From Nemertoderma westbladi (taxonomy: Eukaryota > Animalia > Xenacoelomorpha), in contig JAUCBJ010007522.1 of assembly GCA_032718475.1 (NCBI GenBank), forward strand, positions 73,263 to 137,262: a DNA stretch of 64,000 nucleotides, in the 5' to 3' direction. The translations under genes and the position numbers were made by a program. Shown piece after piece: positions 62,148 to 64,000 of the stretch (its first letter is position 1; the number at the start of each line of letters is the position of its first letter). The notes under the pieces are model-generated. The model saw nothing but the letters and a program-made list of their open reading frames with translations. It did not search any database and was not told the origin of the DNA.

Positions 62148-64000
62148 AGTAGTATACATTACTAGCCAACTCGATCAAAGTCACCCGTAGCCCATCATTA
62201 CCGTCCATTTTTAGTAATCCATCCAATCAGAAGCCACCATTTCAACCTTTAGCAGTGGTCGTTATTATTTCAACCAATCAGATGTCAGCATTTCATCCGT
62301 AACCATGGCAACTTCTCAAGTTCCCGCATCTTCCGCTAGAGGCGTTATTAGTCACCCCGACGCTAGTACTCCGTCCAATCACCAACCTTTATTTTACAGG
62401 TGTTCGGGTGTCTACACTTAGCATCAGGTAACTTCTACTATTTTTCAAATCGCTATTTTTCACCAACCTTTATCTTACAGGTGTTCGGGTGTCTACAGGT
62501 AACTTCTACTATTTTTCATTTCGCAATTTTTCAACAACCAGTATTTTTCATATTCACCAACCTTTATCTTACAGATGCTAGAGGTGTCTACAGGTAACTT
62601 CTACTATTTTTCACCAGTAACTAAATTTAATTTTGCAATTTTTCAGATAACAAAATATTCAACAGGGTTCGAACTCAGGATCGTTATAACCCCCCTCATT
62701 TCTCAACTCACTTTTCCATCCAACCTCGAGAGAAAAAGGCAATAAATATCCGAGTTATACCATAGTCATTGAATTCTTCATCTTCATCACTGGTAGCAGA
62801 TGATTATAAATAGCATCTAGTTCCTTAACATAATTACTATAGCGTAGAATACATTAATTCGACTATTAATAATAATCGATTTCTTTTATCGATGTAACTG
62901 GTCGATCAACTAAGTTGAATATAAGTTAGAATGACAGGGCTAGCATTGATCACGTTGCATCTGTTACACGTTACTGCTATTTCACTCTCTAACTCACGCT
63001 AATGTAATAAATTTAGCTGTACACGTTGCATCTATTACACGAAGCAACTATATTCCTCACTGTAAGTCACTCTGTTTTATTAAAGCAAGCATATAAACCG
63101 AAGTTTTACATTCTAATAATCATTTATTTAGTTTTTATTTTTCAAAATAGTTTTCATTCTAATTATGGATTTATTTAAAAAAACTTCAAGCAATACTTGG
63201 AAATTTACATTTAATAAATATACCTGTAGTATTGTTTATGGCAAGTACTTTATATTACTCTCAAGCGATAGCAATGTAACAACGTGCTTCTCTTACCTGG
63301 ATACACTCTACCTTCTAGACGTCTTAGAAATATTAATCAACCGACAAAAGGAATCACCAGTTTCAAGAGGTAATATTTATCCTAATATAGAATTTACAAG
63401 AGGAAAGTTAAATATTTCCACCTGTGTTATTACTGAAAACGTATATATTCAGAAGCAAGGCAAATGTCAAATTCTAAACAAATCACTCATTAATTTATTG
63501 CTTCAGAGTAAGACAGAAATATTAGAATTGTTATCACCACCACTCGAAATAATAAATCAGTGTTCTGTTGTTAATTTAACCAACCCATCTTTTGTTGGTT
63601 TTGTAAGCAAATATAAAGGAGCGACTTATATGGGACTATGGGAGATTTCAGCTAGATATTCTGATGCTATTGGTCTTAGGTATTATAATGGGTTTAACTT
63701 AACAGCATCGGAAGTAAATTCATTGTGGTATGAATGGAATTATGAAATTAGTAACGAAGGTGTCTTTTCAGAGCTAGATACGGACGATAAAGCTTTATCT
63801 GACCGACTTAAAGTAAAAATAAATGTACAAGAAAAAAAAGTAATTATTACAGACAAGGAAAGCAAATATTTACAGTTACATTACGATAAAGACATACCAT
63901 ATATAGAGTTTCTCTACGATATGATGTTAAAGGTTTCATCAACTGATATAGCAGACGGTTTCACAATTCTATATCCACCAACTTGGAAGTTTAAGGTTAA
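62148..64000 (+). mobile_element. Possible Polinton/Maverick-like element, left end
   Basis: Starts AGTAGT at a compositional shift. CCAATC boxes, GTAACCATGGCAAC and short direct repeats follow, then an intronless AT-rich ORF. No hallmark gene lies inside the window. Confidence 0.4.
63165..64000 (+). CDS. Open ORF running off the window (>=278 aa) with a PC4/p15-like segment
   Basis: Hand translation MDLFKKTSSNTWKF... has no stop to the window end. VSKYKGATYMGLWE...NGFNLTASEVNSL resembles PC4 V..FKGK..IDIRE...KGISL..EQW..L. Confidence 0.65.
   Translation, partial: MDLFKKTSSNTWKFTFNKYTCSIVYGKYFILLSSDSNVTTCFSYLDTLYLLDVLEILINRQKESPVSRGNIYPNIEFTRGKLNISTCVITENVYIQKQGKCQILNKSLINLLLQSKTEILELLSPPLEIINQCSVVNLTNPSFVGFVSKYKGATYMGLWEISARYSDAIGLRYYNGFNLTASEVNSLWYEWNYEISNEGVFSELDTDDKALSDRLKVKINVQEKKVIITDKESKYLQLHYDKDIPYIEFLYDMMLKVSSTDIADGFTILYPPTWKFKV

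Overview
Repeat-dense eukaryotic DNA, probably from an aquatic invertebrate (inferred from an F-type lectin exon and the transposon content). It holds three BEL/Pao LTR retrotransposons: BEL-A (+, 5' end outside the window), BEL-B (-, 8306-20480, nested in the end of BEL-A pol, TSD ACAGG) and BEL-C (+, 31152-53195, inserted in a 20-bp satellite, TSD TATAC). A Mag-like Gypsy element is nested in the BEL-C integrase (43705-48392, TSD GACAT). There are also two L2/CR1-group LINE 3' fragments, an RTE-type LINE remnant whose coding sequence seeded a 61-bp satellite, foldback and inverted repeats, several minisatellites, one probable terminal exon of an F-type lectin gene, and at the right edge a possible Polinton/Maverick terminus with an open PC4-like ORF. 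The main observations are four. (1) Both complete BEL elements lack a tRNA PBS; the bases right after the 5' LTR are instead complementary to a site inside their own LTR, in Tf1-like self-priming geometry. (2) A ~170-nt structured RNA module is shared nearly base for base between BEL-B and the unrelated Gypsy 5' UTR, with a diverged positional equivalent in BEL-C. (3) In both BELs that module precedes a conserved non-Env accessory ORF. (4) Covarying hairpins are repeated in the BEL 3' regions and dispersed through BEL-A. All calls were made by eye; no database searches or folding programs were run.
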